DNA of 64,000 nucleotides, from NCBI GenBank assembly GCA_900540395.1, contig UQFQ01000002.1, forward strand, positions 78,918-142,917, read 5' to 3'. Source of the stretch: an uncultured Mollicutes bacterium (lineage in GTDB: Bacteria > Bacillota_I > Bacilli_A > RFN20 > CAG-826). This document shows positions 34,772 to 43,822 of the stretch, piece by piece. A model generated the notes under the pieces. That model did not search any database and was not told where the DNA came from. It saw only the letters and a program-made list of their open reading frames with translations. Position 1 is the stretch's first letter. The number at the start of each line of letters is the position of its first letter. Made by a program: the position numbers and the translations under genes.

Positions 34772-36598
34772 ATGGAAAATACACAATATTTAGATTCCAT
34801 GAAATTAAAAGCAAAAAAGGCCATGAATAAAGGGTTAACATTTTTTGGTTTACCTGCTAATTCAATATTGGTCATTTTTGGCGTTTTGCTTTTAATTTTA
34901 ACCTTTGTTCCATTAATTTACGTTGTCATAGATTCATTTACAGTTCACATCATGGAAGCTCCTAGTCTTGGCCTTGCAACAGGAAGTTTTACTTTTGCTC
35001 ATTGGCAAGAAGTGTTTGCTGGAAAAAATAGCGTTAGTTATTTTTGGCGACCACTAGGAAATTCTTTACTTGTGTCTGTTTTAGCATGTATCTTTTCAAT
35101 CGTTTTTGGTGGAGTGGTTGCATATTTAGTCACCAGAACAAATATGCCATTTAAAAAATTTATTTCTAGTGTTTTTATTTTTCCTTACATAATGCCTCAA
35201 TGGACTTTGGCTTTATTCTGGAAAAACTTTTTTATCTCAACAAATTGTACTGGTGGATATATAGGCGAATTACAAGCCTTAACTGGATTTGTTTCTCCTG
35301 AATGGTTAGTTTATGGAGCATTTCCAATCTCACTTGTTTTAGGACTTCACTATGCTCCTTTTGCCTATATTTTAATTGGCGGAATTTTAAGAAATATGGA
35401 TGCTAACTTAGAAGAAGCAGCCACAATTTTAAATGTTCCACGTCGAAAAATATTCACCCATATTACAATTCCAATTTTAAAACCTGCACTTTTAAGTACA
35501 GTTTTGCTGGTTTTTTCAAGTGCAATGAGCTCTTATCCAGTTGCAACAACTCTTGGTAAACCAATCAATTATCAAGTTTTAGCTACTCAACTTAATGTCA
35601 TGCTACAAGGTGGCAAGTATTCAAGTGAAGCTGGGATGGGCGCAATTATTTCTCTTGTTTTAATTGCAATAGGTGTTGTTATTCTTTTACTTAATACCGC
35701 TTCAACAGGTAGTCGTAAACAATATACAACTGTTAGTGGGAAGAGTGGTCAAGTTAGTAAAAATAACCTTGGAAAAGTAGGTAAATGGATTGCTGCCGTC
35801 ATATTATCAATTATTGTTTTATTCTTCTGCATTGGTCCAATGATTTCGTTTATATTTGAATCATTATTGCCAAATTCTGGTGACTATTCAATTGGTTTTA
35901 CTACAAAATGGTGGACATCTAAAGAAGTATTAAGAAATGGATTTAAAGGCGTCTTCTATACTCCAGAAATTTGGAGTGCCTTAGGTGGATCAATTGCGTT
36001 ATCACTTGTCTGTTCCTTGCTTGCAGGAACATTTGGTTTACTCATTGGCTATGCTGTTAGTAAAAAAAGAAAGAGTAAACTTGCTCAAGGCGTTAATGCT
36101 TTAGCATTCTTACCTTATTTGCTTCCTTCAATTTCACTTTCTGCAATTTTCTTTATGGTTAGTTTGAATATTAATTGGCTATATGCAACACCATTCTTGC
36201 TTTGTGCAATTGTCGGCATTGTTAAATATATTCCATTTGCTAGTAGAAGTAGTTTGAATGCCATGCTTCAGCTTAGTAATGAAATTGAAGAAGCAGCAAT
36301 GATTCAAAACATTCCTTGGTGGAAGAGAATGGTTCGTATCGTATTCCCAATTCAAAAATCAAGTTTCTTAAGCGGATATTTATTACCATTCATTAGTTGT
36401 ATGAGAGAGTTATCACTCTTTGTCTTCATTGCTCCAACTGGAATGATTCTTACAACATTTATGTTCCAACTTGAAGAAACTGGTTTACCAGCATTAGAAA
36501 ACGCTGCGAACTTAATTCTTGTTATTGTAATTTTAATCTTTAACTGGTTAATCAATAAAGTTACTGGTGCCAGCTTAGATAAAGGTATAGGAGGTTAA
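34772..36598 (+). CDS. Fused two-domain ABC permease (FbpB/AfuB/ThiP-like)
   Basis: 608 aa with two tandem permease modules. Each has an EAA loop ('LEEAATILNVPRRKIFTHITIPILKP' and 'IEEAAMIQNIPWWKRMVRIVFPI'). Confidence 0.85.
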   Translation: MENTQYLDSMKLKAKKAMNKGLTFFGLPANSILVIFGVLLLILTFVPLIYVVIDSFTVHIMEAPSLGLATGSFTFAHWQEVFAGKNSVSYFWRPLGNSLLVSVLACIFSIVFGGVVAYLVTRTNMPFKKFISSVFIFPYIMPQWTLALFWKNFFISTNCTGGYIGELQALTGFVSPEWLVYGAFPISLVLGLHYAPFAYILIGGILRNMDANLEEAATILNVPRRKIFTHITIPILKPALLSTVLLVFSSAMSSYPVATTLGKPINYQVLATQLNVMLQGGKYSSEAGMGAIISLVLIAIGVVILLLNTASTGSRKQYTTVSGKSGQVSKNNLGKVGKWIAAVILSIIVLFFCIGPMISFIFESLLPNSGDYSIGFTTKWWTSKEVLRNGFKGVFYTPEIWSALGGSIALSLVCSLLAGTFGLLIGYAVSKKRKSKLAQGVNALAFLPYLLPSISLSAIFFMVSLNINWLYATPFLLCAIVGIVKYIPFASRSSLNAMLQLSNEIEEAAMIQNIPWWKRMVRIVFPIQKSSFLSGYLLPFISCMRELSLFVFIAPTGMILTTFMFQLEETGLPALENAANLILVIVILIFNWLINKVTGASLDKGIGG

Positions 36599-36602
36599 TT
36601 TA

Positions 36603-38606
36603 ATGCCTACAATAGATTTAGTAAATGTTACAAAAAGATGGGGAGATTTCTATGCGGTAGATAACTTAAATCTCCATATCGATGATTATTCTTTTATTAC
36701 ACTTCTTGGTCCTTCTGGATGTGGAAAAACAACAACTTTAAGAATGATTGCTGGTCTTGAAACACCAACAAGCGGCAAAATTTATATTAATGGTGTCCCT
36801 GTTTTTGATAGCGATTTAGGTATTAACATTCCTGCTAGCAAAAGACATGTTGGATTCTTATTTCAAAACTATGCTCTTTGGCCACATATGACCGTTCAAA
36901 AGAATATTGAATTTGGTCTACAAAATCTAAAAGAGTATATGCCAGTAATCGATAGTGATTATACACAATATAAAAATGACTTAATTTTATTCAATAACCC
37001 TGCAAAAGTTATCGATATTGTTAAACAAAATATTGATAAAAAAGGGAAAGTAGATAAAAGAAGAGCCTTAATTGCTATTATTGATTACTTTAAAGTTTCG
37101 ATGTATTCAGCTAAAAAAGTCTTTGATCTTAATCTTGAAGAAAAGAGTGAAGAAGAAGTAAAAGCAATTTGTGAAAGCAAGATTAAAGAAACAAACGAAA
37201 AGATAGAAGCTATTGTTAAAAGATGCGAAGAAAAAGGAATTGACCTTAATAGCGATGGCTATGTATTAGGCGATTCTGAACTTGCAGAAGATTATATCTC
37301 TGTTAAATTAACTTACGACATCATTAAAGATTATAAAACTTTATTATCTTACATTGAGAAAGCCAAAGAAGAAAATGTTAAACCTGTTAAGTATATTATG
37401 AGAAAAACTAATGTCTCATATAAAACAGCTAAAACTTTATTTGATTTTGCTAGCTCAATTGCTACAAAAGATGATGTAGAAAAAGAAGATGAAGTTAAAA
37501 GAGAACTCCAATTCTATAGCGATGAAATTGCTAGAATTAAGAGTTATTACTTAAACAATGGTTTCCATCTTAATGAAAAAGGTGAAAAAATTCCAACAAT
37601 CGATTATGAAGACAAATCATGGGATGGTAAAAAAGTTCACTTATATAAATTAAGAGGTTTATCAAAAGAAGAAATCGATCTTAAAGTAAGACATGTTTCT
37701 AGAGTTGTTAAAATCGGAGAATTCATGGATCGTTATCCAAGTGAGTTAAGTGGTGGCCAACAACAAAGAGTTGCAATCGCTCGTACACTTGCTCCAGGAC
37801 CAAAAGTCTTATTTATGGATGAACCACTTTCGAACCTTGATGCAAAACTTCGTCTTGAAATGAGAAGTGAACTTAAGCGTTTACACCTTGAAACAGGTTC
37901 AACCTTTGTCTATGTTACTCATGATCAACTTGAAGCCATGACTCTTGCTACAAAGATTTGCTTAATTAATAATGGTGTTTTACAACAATATGACGCACCT
38001 CTTGATGTTTATAAAAAACCTAAAAATATCTTTGTCGCTGACTTTGTTGGCTCGCCTGCAATTAACTTTGTTGAAGCTTTTGTAGAACAAGACGAAGATA
38101 AACGAATCAAACTTCAACTTTTAAATGATTTACATTTTGAATTTAATCCTTTAATTGATGTTGATCTTAAAGCTTTAAGAGAAGAAAGAGATCTCGAATT
38201 TGCTAAAGAGGAAGAAGAAAGAGCAAAACTTAAAGAGAATAAGAAATTTGTTGAAAAAGGTAACAAAGATAAAGACTTTAACTTCTCTATTCAAAAAGTA
38301 ACTGAAACAATGAGTTCGGATGAAGAAAAAGTTATTCAAGATAATGAATATATTATTGGTATTAGACCTGAATTTATTCGTTTATCTGATGAAGGCAAAA
38401 TTGAAGGTGAAATATATAGCGCACTCCCATCAGGTATGGAAACAATTGTTAAAATAAGAGTTGGTGAATTCTTATTAACAAGTGTTATCTTTGGTGGAGT
38501 CGATTATAAAGTTGGTAGTATTTGTCGCTTTGATTTTGTTGGTAAAGAAATTTTACTATTCGATAGAAAGAGCGGTAAATTAATTTCTCAAGGCGGATTA
38601 GAGTAA
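36603..38606 (+). CDS. ABC ATP-binding protein (MalK/PotA/FbpC-like) with ~240 aa internally duplicated insertion
   Basis: Walker A 'GPSGCGKTT', Q-loop 'FLFQNYALWPHMTV', signature 'LSGGQQQRVAIARTL', Walker B 'VLFMDEPLSNLD', 'YVTHDQ'. The insertion lies between 'FGLQNLK' and 'KLRGLSKEEIDLKV'. Confidence 0.85.
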   Translation: MPTIDLVNVTKRWGDFYAVDNLNLHIDDYSFITLLGPSGCGKTTTLRMIAGLETPTSGKIYINGVPVFDSDLGINIPASKRHVGFLFQNYALWPHMTVQKNIEFGLQNLKEYMPVIDSDYTQYKNDLILFNNPAKVIDIVKQNIDKKGKVDKRRALIAIIDYFKVSMYSAKKVFDLNLEEKSEEEVKAICESKIKETNEKIEAIVKRCEEKGIDLNSDGYVLGDSELAEDYISVKLTYDIIKDYKTLLSYIEKAKEENVKPVKYIMRKTNVSYKTAKTLFDFASSIATKDDVEKEDEVKRELQFYSDEIARIKSYYLNNGFHLNEKGEKIPTIDYEDKSWDGKKVHLYKLRGLSKEEIDLKVRHVSRVVKIGEFMDRYPSELSGGQQQRVAIARTLAPGPKVLFMDEPLSNLDAKLRLEMRSELKRLHLETGSTFVYVTHDQLEAMTLATKICLINNGVLQQYDAPLDVYKKPKNIFVADFVGSPAINFVEAFVEQDEDKRIKLQLLNDLHFEFNPLIDVDLKALREERDLEFAKEEEERAKLKENKKFVEKGNKDKDFNFSIQKVTETMSSDEEKVIQDNEYIIGIRPEFIRLSDEGKIEGEIYSALPSGMETIVKIRVGEFLLTSVIFGGVDYKVGSICRFDFVGKEILLFDRKSGKLISQGGLE

Positions 38607-38613
38607 AAAGGAT

Positions 38614-38640
38614 AAGGGGCGAGTTTTTCGCCCCTTTAAT
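38614..38640 (+). terminator. Rho-independent terminator
   Basis: GC-rich stem aaggggcga / tcgcccctt with loop 'gtttt', followed by 'ttaataaaaa'. It starts 8 nt after the stop codon. Confidence 0.7.
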
Positions 38641-38670
38641 AAAAATATTGACGATTTGCGGGGTTATTTT

Positions 38671-40377
38671 ATGAATAATATAGCTTTAAATAATTTTAAT
38701 ATTTGGAAAAATAAGTTAGAAAGTATTTCAAATAATGATTTTGAAACGCTTTTAAAAATGGATGAAGAAATAATTTCTGATTCATTTTATAAAGATCTTA
38801 GTTTTGGAACAGGTGGATTAAGAGGAAAAATGGGACTTGGCACTAATAGAATTAATGCCTATACCATTTATAAAGCGACAAGAGGAGTTGGTTTATATTT
38901 AAAAACCAAATTTAACAAGCCAAGCGTTGTAATTGGATATGATTCACGTAATCATTCTCAAGAATATGCTTATTTAAGTGCAAACGTTTTTGCTAATTTA
39001 GGTATAAAGACTTATATTTTTAAAGAACTTATACCAACTCCTGTTGTTAGTTTTGCTATTCGATATTTAAAAGCCAGTGCTGGAATTATATTAACAGCAA
39101 GTCACAATCCAAAAGAATACAATGGCTATAAAGTTTATAATGATGGGGGCAATCAGATAACTTTAGAAGAAGCTAATCAAATCATTAATCAAATAAATAA
39201 GATTGACCCTCTTGATGAGTTTTTAAAATTTATTGATGATAAAAATGTAAAAGACTTAATAAATGAAATTGAAGAGAATTTAATAGATGCTTTTATTAAA
39301 TCGACGAAAAATACTTCACTTTTGCAAGATTTTTCGGAAAAAGAAATCAAAATTGTTTATACGCCATTAAATGGAGCAGGCTATAAAATAGTTCCGAAGG
39401 TCTTAAAAGAATGTGGCTTTAAAAATTTGTTAATCGTAGAAGAACAAAAAAATCCAGATGGTAATTTTCCAACTTGTCCAAAGCCTAACCCAGAATTAAA
39501 GGAAGCGATGGAACTAGGAATCGAGCTGGCTAAATCTTCTAATAGCGATTTATTAATTGCAACTGATCCAGATTCTGATCGATGTGGGATAGGTGTACGT
39601 TATAAAGATGAATTTCTGCTTTTAAATGGCAACGAAGTTGCTATTTTGATGCTTAATTATTTAACAAAGGTTAAAAGTGATTTAAAAGGGAAAGAAATTG
39701 TTCGTAGTATCGTATCAACTTCATTTGTTGATAAGATAGCTCGTGATTATGTAATCAAAGTCAAAGAAGTATTAACTGGTTTTAAATATATTGGTGAAGA
39801 AATGAATCGTTTAGAAAAAAGTGGTCAGCTAGATAAATATTTATTTGGCTTTGAAGAAAGCTATGGATATTTAACAAATAAAGATGTCCGTGATAAAGAT
39901 GCTGTAAACGCTTCACTATTTATCGCTGAAATGAGTGAATATTATCGTCGAAATGGACACTCACTAATTGAGGAATTAAACGACATTTATCTAAAGTATG
40001 GTTATAACAAGACTATTCTGCTAACTGAAGAATTAGACGGAGAACAAGGCTTAATAAGAATAAATCAAATTGTACAAAATTTAAGAGAAATGAGTTTTGA
40101 AAAACTCAATGAACTATTTTCTGAAAAAGTTTTAGTTAAAGAAGACTATTCTCTTTCTAAAGCTTTCTTTAAAGAAAAAACAGAGGACATTCACTTACCA
40201 AAAAGTAATGTTTTAATCTTTAAATTAAACGACGAAACACGTTTTATGATTAGACCAAGTGGCACCGAACCAAAAATTAAGTGTTATATAGAAACTAATG
40301 ATAGCAACAAAAACAAATGTCTAGAAAAATTAGATAAATATTCAAGATTATTTAAAAAGGTGGTTAATGAATTATGA
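38671..40377 (+). CDS. Phosphoglucomutase/phosphomannomutase (alpha-D-phosphohexomutase, PgcA-like)
   Basis: Active-site 'TASHNPKEYNGYKV', metal loop 'ATDPDSDR', sugar loop 'GFEESYG', phosphate loop 'RPSGTEPK'. Confidence 0.85.
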   Translation: MNNIALNNFNIWKNKLESISNNDFETLLKMDEEIISDSFYKDLSFGTGGLRGKMGLGTNRINAYTIYKATRGVGLYLKTKFNKPSVVIGYDSRNHSQEYAYLSANVFANLGIKTYIFKELIPTPVVSFAIRYLKASAGIILTASHNPKEYNGYKVYNDGGNQITLEEANQIINQINKIDPLDEFLKFIDDKNVKDLINEIEENLIDAFIKSTKNTSLLQDFSEKEIKIVYTPLNGAGYKIVPKVLKECGFKNLLIVEEQKNPDGNFPTCPKPNPELKEAMELGIELAKSSNSDLLIATDPDSDRCGIGVRYKDEFLLLNGNEVAILMLNYLTKVKSDLKGKEIVRSIVSTSFVDKIARDYVIKVKEVLTGFKYIGEEMNRLEKSGQLDKYLFGFEESYGYLTNKDVRDKDAVNASLFIAEMSEYYRRNGHSLIEELNDIYLKYGYNKTILLTEELDGEQGLIRINQIVQNLREMSFEKLNELFSEKVLVKEDYSLSKAFFKEKTEDIHLPKSNVLIFKLNDETRFMIRPSGTEPKIKCYIETNDSNKNKCLEKLDKYSRLFKKVVNEL

Positions 40378-41264
40378 AACATGTTTATGAATTAATTCCA
40401 CCTTTAAAAGAATATATTTGGGCTGGAAACAATCTAAAAAAGTATAAGAAGACTGATTTAGAAAAGATCTCTGAAAGCCGGGAATTGTCATTTTTAGATG
40501 GGGATGAAAGTAAACTTATTTATGATGACAAGGAAGTTAATATAACTGAATTTATTAAATCGGAACCAATAAATAAATATATTAATCCGAAAATTCAAAA
40601 CTTGCTAATTAAGCTTATTGATTCAGCCCAATCTTTATCTATTCAAGTTCACCCAAGTGATGAATATGCTTTAAAATATGAAAATTCACTAGGGAAAACT
40701 GAAATGTGGATTATTTTAGATGCAAAAGAAGGTTCATATATTAATCTCGGCTTTAATCAAGACATAAAAAAAGAAGAGTTTCCAAAACTTATTAAAGACG
40801 ATTCAATACTATCTTATCTTAATAAGATTTATGTTAAGCCTGGCGATATTTATTTAATTAAACCTGGAACAATTCATGCAATAGGAGAAGGAATAACTCT
40901 TTTAGAAATTCAAGAAAGTAGTAAATTAACTTATCGAGTTTATGACTTTAATAGAAAAGATAAAAATGGCAACAAAAGAGAACTTCATGTATCTAAAGCA
41001 ATGGATGTTTTAAATTTTTCCAAATTGAATATACAAAATTTAAATAGAGAAGAAGTTATTAAAACTAATTATTTCGAAGTTTATAAAGGAAAGAATTTAA
41101 ACGAAAACAAGATAGATATTATAAAGCCATCAATAATTACTATTATTGAAGGTAATGGATTTATTGACGACACTGAAGTTAGCAAATTTAAGAGCTATTT
41201 TGTTTTACCTTGTGAAAAATTAAAGTTAAAAGGGAATTTTGAGTATTTTGTAACTACTATTTAG
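40374..41264 (+). CDS. manA: Mannose-6-phosphate isomerase, class I
   Basis: 'QVHPSDEYA', 'KTEMWIIL', 'PGTIHAIGEG', 'LEIQESSKLTYRVYDFNRKDKNGNKRELH'. ATGA overlap with the preceding gene. Confidence 0.85.
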   Translation: MKHVYELIPPLKEYIWAGNNLKKYKKTDLEKISESRELSFLDGDESKLIYDDKEVNITEFIKSEPINKYINPKIQNLLIKLIDSAQSLSIQVHPSDEYALKYENSLGKTEMWIILDAKEGSYINLGFNQDIKKEEFPKLIKDDSILSYLNKIYVKPGDIYLIKPGTIHAIGEGITLLEIQESSKLTYRVYDFNRKDKNGNKRELHVSKAMDVLNFSKLNIQNLNREEVIKTNYFEVYKGKNLNENKIDIIKPSIITIIEGNGFIDDTEVSKFKSYFVLPCEKLKLKGNFEYFVTTI

Positions 41265-41967
41265 CTGAATTTAATTCAATTCTTTTTAAGTTTTCTTCAT
41301 CGTTTATGTTTATACCTAATCTAACTTTATAAACATTAAAGTAACCAATGTATAAACCAATGCATGTAATCAAAATAATGAAAATCACATTGTAATAATC
41401 TGGATAAAAGACGACATCTCCCATAACGCCTCCATTTTCAACAGGCTTCATAAAAGCTTTAAAAATTGTTAAACCGATAGCTATAGAATAAAAGACTGAG
41501 ACAGTCTTGTTTAATCTTTTTCGGATAGATATATTATCTCTGCTTGAGTAGTAATAATTTAAATCGCTACATAACTGTAAAATACCAATAACTATTAGCC
41601 ATGAGTAGCAAAAATAACCAATCAAACTGAAATAATAATCAAATAGATACTCTATTGATTCGTCAAGAAAGTAATTTGAGTAATGCACAAGCATCATAAA
41701 ACCATTTATTGGTAAAAATATTTGAGAAATGATTATTAGTTTTCTTTTATCAAAGCCTTTGATATTAATAAATTTGTAAATTACTGCAGATATAATTCCT
41801 AAAATTATTGAAAGGAGTGAAAAAATCAAAATTATTAGCGGTACACCTGAAGAAAAATCAATGATGCTGCCTTTTTTAGGATCCCAAAATATTGAATAAA
41901 ATGTTATTAAGAATGAATAAATTGGTAATAAAATCATATATATGGATGGAGAGTATATTTTTTTCAT
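41257..41967 (-). CDS. Polytopic membrane protein, unknown family
   Basis: About 6 hydrophobic helices, Tyr/Phe/Ile-rich. Start overlaps the stop of the upstream minus-strand gene. No recognisable motif. Confidence 0.55.
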   Translation of the reverse strand: MKKIYSPSIYMILLPIYSFLITFYSIFWDPKKGSIIDFSSGVPLIILIFSLLSIILGIISAVIYKFINIKGFDKRKLIIISQIFLPINGFMMLVHYSNYFLDESIEYLFDYYFSLIGYFCYSWLIVIGILQLCSDLNYYYSSRDNISIRKRLNKTVSVFYSIAIGLTIFKAFMKPVENGGVMGDVVFYPDYYNVIFIILITCIGLYIGYFNVYKVRLGININDEENLKRIELNSAK

Positions 41968-42623
41968 TTTACTATTACCTCATTTGCAAGTTGGTCTAAA
42001 TTAGTGAATTTATATAATGAAAAACCTAAGTAAGCAAGGAAGGAAGCAAAGTAAAAAGATGCTGTAGTGCATGTTATTGCAAAATTAGGGATATAACGTT
42101 TTTCGTTTTCTTCAAGTGCTACATAATCTATAACAATTAAACTAAATATATAAATGACGAGTAATAATAAGATAATTTGTTTAAATAGGTTTATCAAAAA
42201 AGATAATTTAGGGTATTTAAAATCAAACAGAAAATTTAGAGTATCAAAGACTAACAACGCTATAAAAACTATTAGTAAAATATAACTTAAATATGTAAAT
42301 TTGGCAAAGTGCGGATCTACTGGTATAACCAGGAGTAAAACTATAATAGGTATATAAAGTAAACAGTTTTTAAATGTATACAAAAATAAATCAAAAGATT
42401 TTTTAGAACTACGGAAATAAGCTAAGAAAAAATAAATAAATGCTAAAATAGAAAAGATTCCTAAAACAAAATAAGTATATTTCCCTGCATAACTTTGTGG
42501 TTCATATCTGGAAAATGGATAGAACAAGTATTGCAAGCTTTTTACGAATGGTATCTCATTAATTGCTAATAAAAAAAGTGATGATGTAAGAAAAATTAAG
42601 TTTTCTATATGGTTTGACTTCAT
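41964..42623 (-). CDS. Polytopic membrane protein, unknown family
   Basis: About 6 TM helices. I prefer the start at 'MKSNHIENL' (42623) because 'ggagg' lies 12 nt upstream. Separated by 1 nt from the small ORF upstream. Confidence 0.55.
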   Translation of the reverse strand: MKSNHIENLIFLTSSLFLLAINEIPFVKSLQYLFYPFSRYEPQSYAGKYTYFVLGIFSILAFIYFFLAYFRSSKKSFDLFLYTFKNCLLYIPIIVLLLVIPVDPHFAKFTYLSYILLIVFIALLVFDTLNFLFDFKYPKLSFLINLFKQIILLLLVIYIFSLIVIDYVALEENEKRYIPNFAITCTTASFYFASFLAYLGFSLYKFTNLDQLANEVIVK

Positions 42624-42624
42624 T

Positions 42625-42822
42625 TTATAATATATCCTCCGCAGCAAAAGTTGCATAAACGTTATTTATGCCAACTGAACTAATTGTTACAATATAAAGT
42701 TGTTTTTCTAGATTTTCATTTTGCTTACATTTTTTAATTGGCAAATTAGTGTTGTTTTCAATGCCTCTTGAACTAAAAAGCAATAAAAGCAATGTGCTTA
42801 AGAAAAATATTATATGTTTCAT
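42625..42822 (-). CDS. Small exported protein (65 aa), unknown
   Basis: RBS 'ggagg' upstream. Signal-peptide-like 'MKHIIFFLSTLLLLLFSSRG'. First gene of the 3-gene minus-strand unit. Confidence 0.4.
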   Translation of the reverse strand: MKHIIFFLSTLLLLLFSSRGIENNTNLPIKKCKQNENLEKQLYIVTISSVGINNVYATFAAEDIL

Positions 42823-43090
42823 AATTCCTTTGCCTCCAAAGATTATCTTGGATAACTTAATTCTAGATAATTATAACAAGAAATAATAACATTAAAATTA
42901 ATGTAAAATTGCTTATTAATTAAGTTTATGACGATTATTATCGTATTTTCTTTTATTATGCGATTTGCTTAAACAAAGTTCTAAACTTGTAGGGAAAACT
43001 AAGAAATAGATAGTTTTGATATGATTTAATTTGATTTATATAAATAGAAAAATAATTTAAAATAGTTGTACTTTATGAGGAAAAGATATT

Positions 43091-43681
43091 ATGACTATTA
43101 GTGAAAAGATTAAGGAACTGAGGTTAAATAAAAATATTTCAATAGAGGAAATTAGCAAAATAAGCGAAATACCATTAAAGAAACTTAAAAGAATTGAAAA
43201 CGACTTATACATACCAACGCGAGAAGAAGTGCAAAAACTTTGTGAAGTTTTTGGCGTTGAAGAAAAAGAAATCATAAACGAAGAAACTAGAAAAGATACA
43301 GTAAAAATTGAAGCTAAAATCTCAATGCTCAATTTTTCATATTGGATAATGAATGCTATTGTCTATCTTTTCTTTATTATTGTTGCTTTTATTCCAGCAT
43401 TAAAAGTTGATTTAGATGGATCAACATTGCTTTATAGTTTTAATTCATTATTAATGGGAAACGGGAATCCTCTTGTTATAGTAACCTATGCGTTTTCAAC
43501 TATAGGTTTAATTGTTTCTTTAACAATGTGTGCTTTAAGATTTGCTAGTAAAATTAAATTATCGGAAAAACAAATCTTATGTATAAACGTTTTACTGCTT
43601 GCGATACTGGTTCTAGTTATTGCAACAATATTTACAGTAATTATTACTTATTCAAATGATTTTGTGTCATTGATTATTTGA
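43091..43681 (+). CDS. Membrane-anchored XRE-family HTH protein
   Basis: N-terminal HTH_3 'IKELRLNKNISIEEISKISEIPLKKLKRIENDLYIPTREEVQKLCEVFGV', followed by 3-4 TM helices. Divergent from the 42822 unit. Confidence 0.75.
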   Translation: MTISEKIKELRLNKNISIEEISKISEIPLKKLKRIENDLYIPTREEVQKLCEVFGVEEKEIINEETRKDTVKIEAKISMLNFSYWIMNAIVYLFFIIVAFIPALKVDLDGSTLLYSFNSLLMGNGNPLVIVTYAFSTIGLIVSLTMCALRFASKIKLSEKQILCINVLLLAILVLVIATIFTVIITYSNDFVSLII

Positions 43682-43822
43682 AATAGTTGAGTTTTGCTTG
43701 TTTTTTGCAAGAAAAGTGGTTGTTTAGCTTCGTTAACAATCAGTTAAAATTGAATATAGATTGTGTTAAGATTTAGCCAAATATAAAAAAGTAGTACAAT
43801 AAACAAGAAAAGAGGTAGTGAG

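Noticed and set aside
27933-36555. Track ORFs 27933..28139, 28148..28351, 29566..29781, 32066..32293, 32579..32812 and 36352..36555 (all on the - strand)
   Set aside because: They are antisense to the TrmB, MFS, histidine kinase and permease genes. Their Ser/Leu/Ile-rich products are typical of reverse-frame artefacts, and there are no start-site signals.
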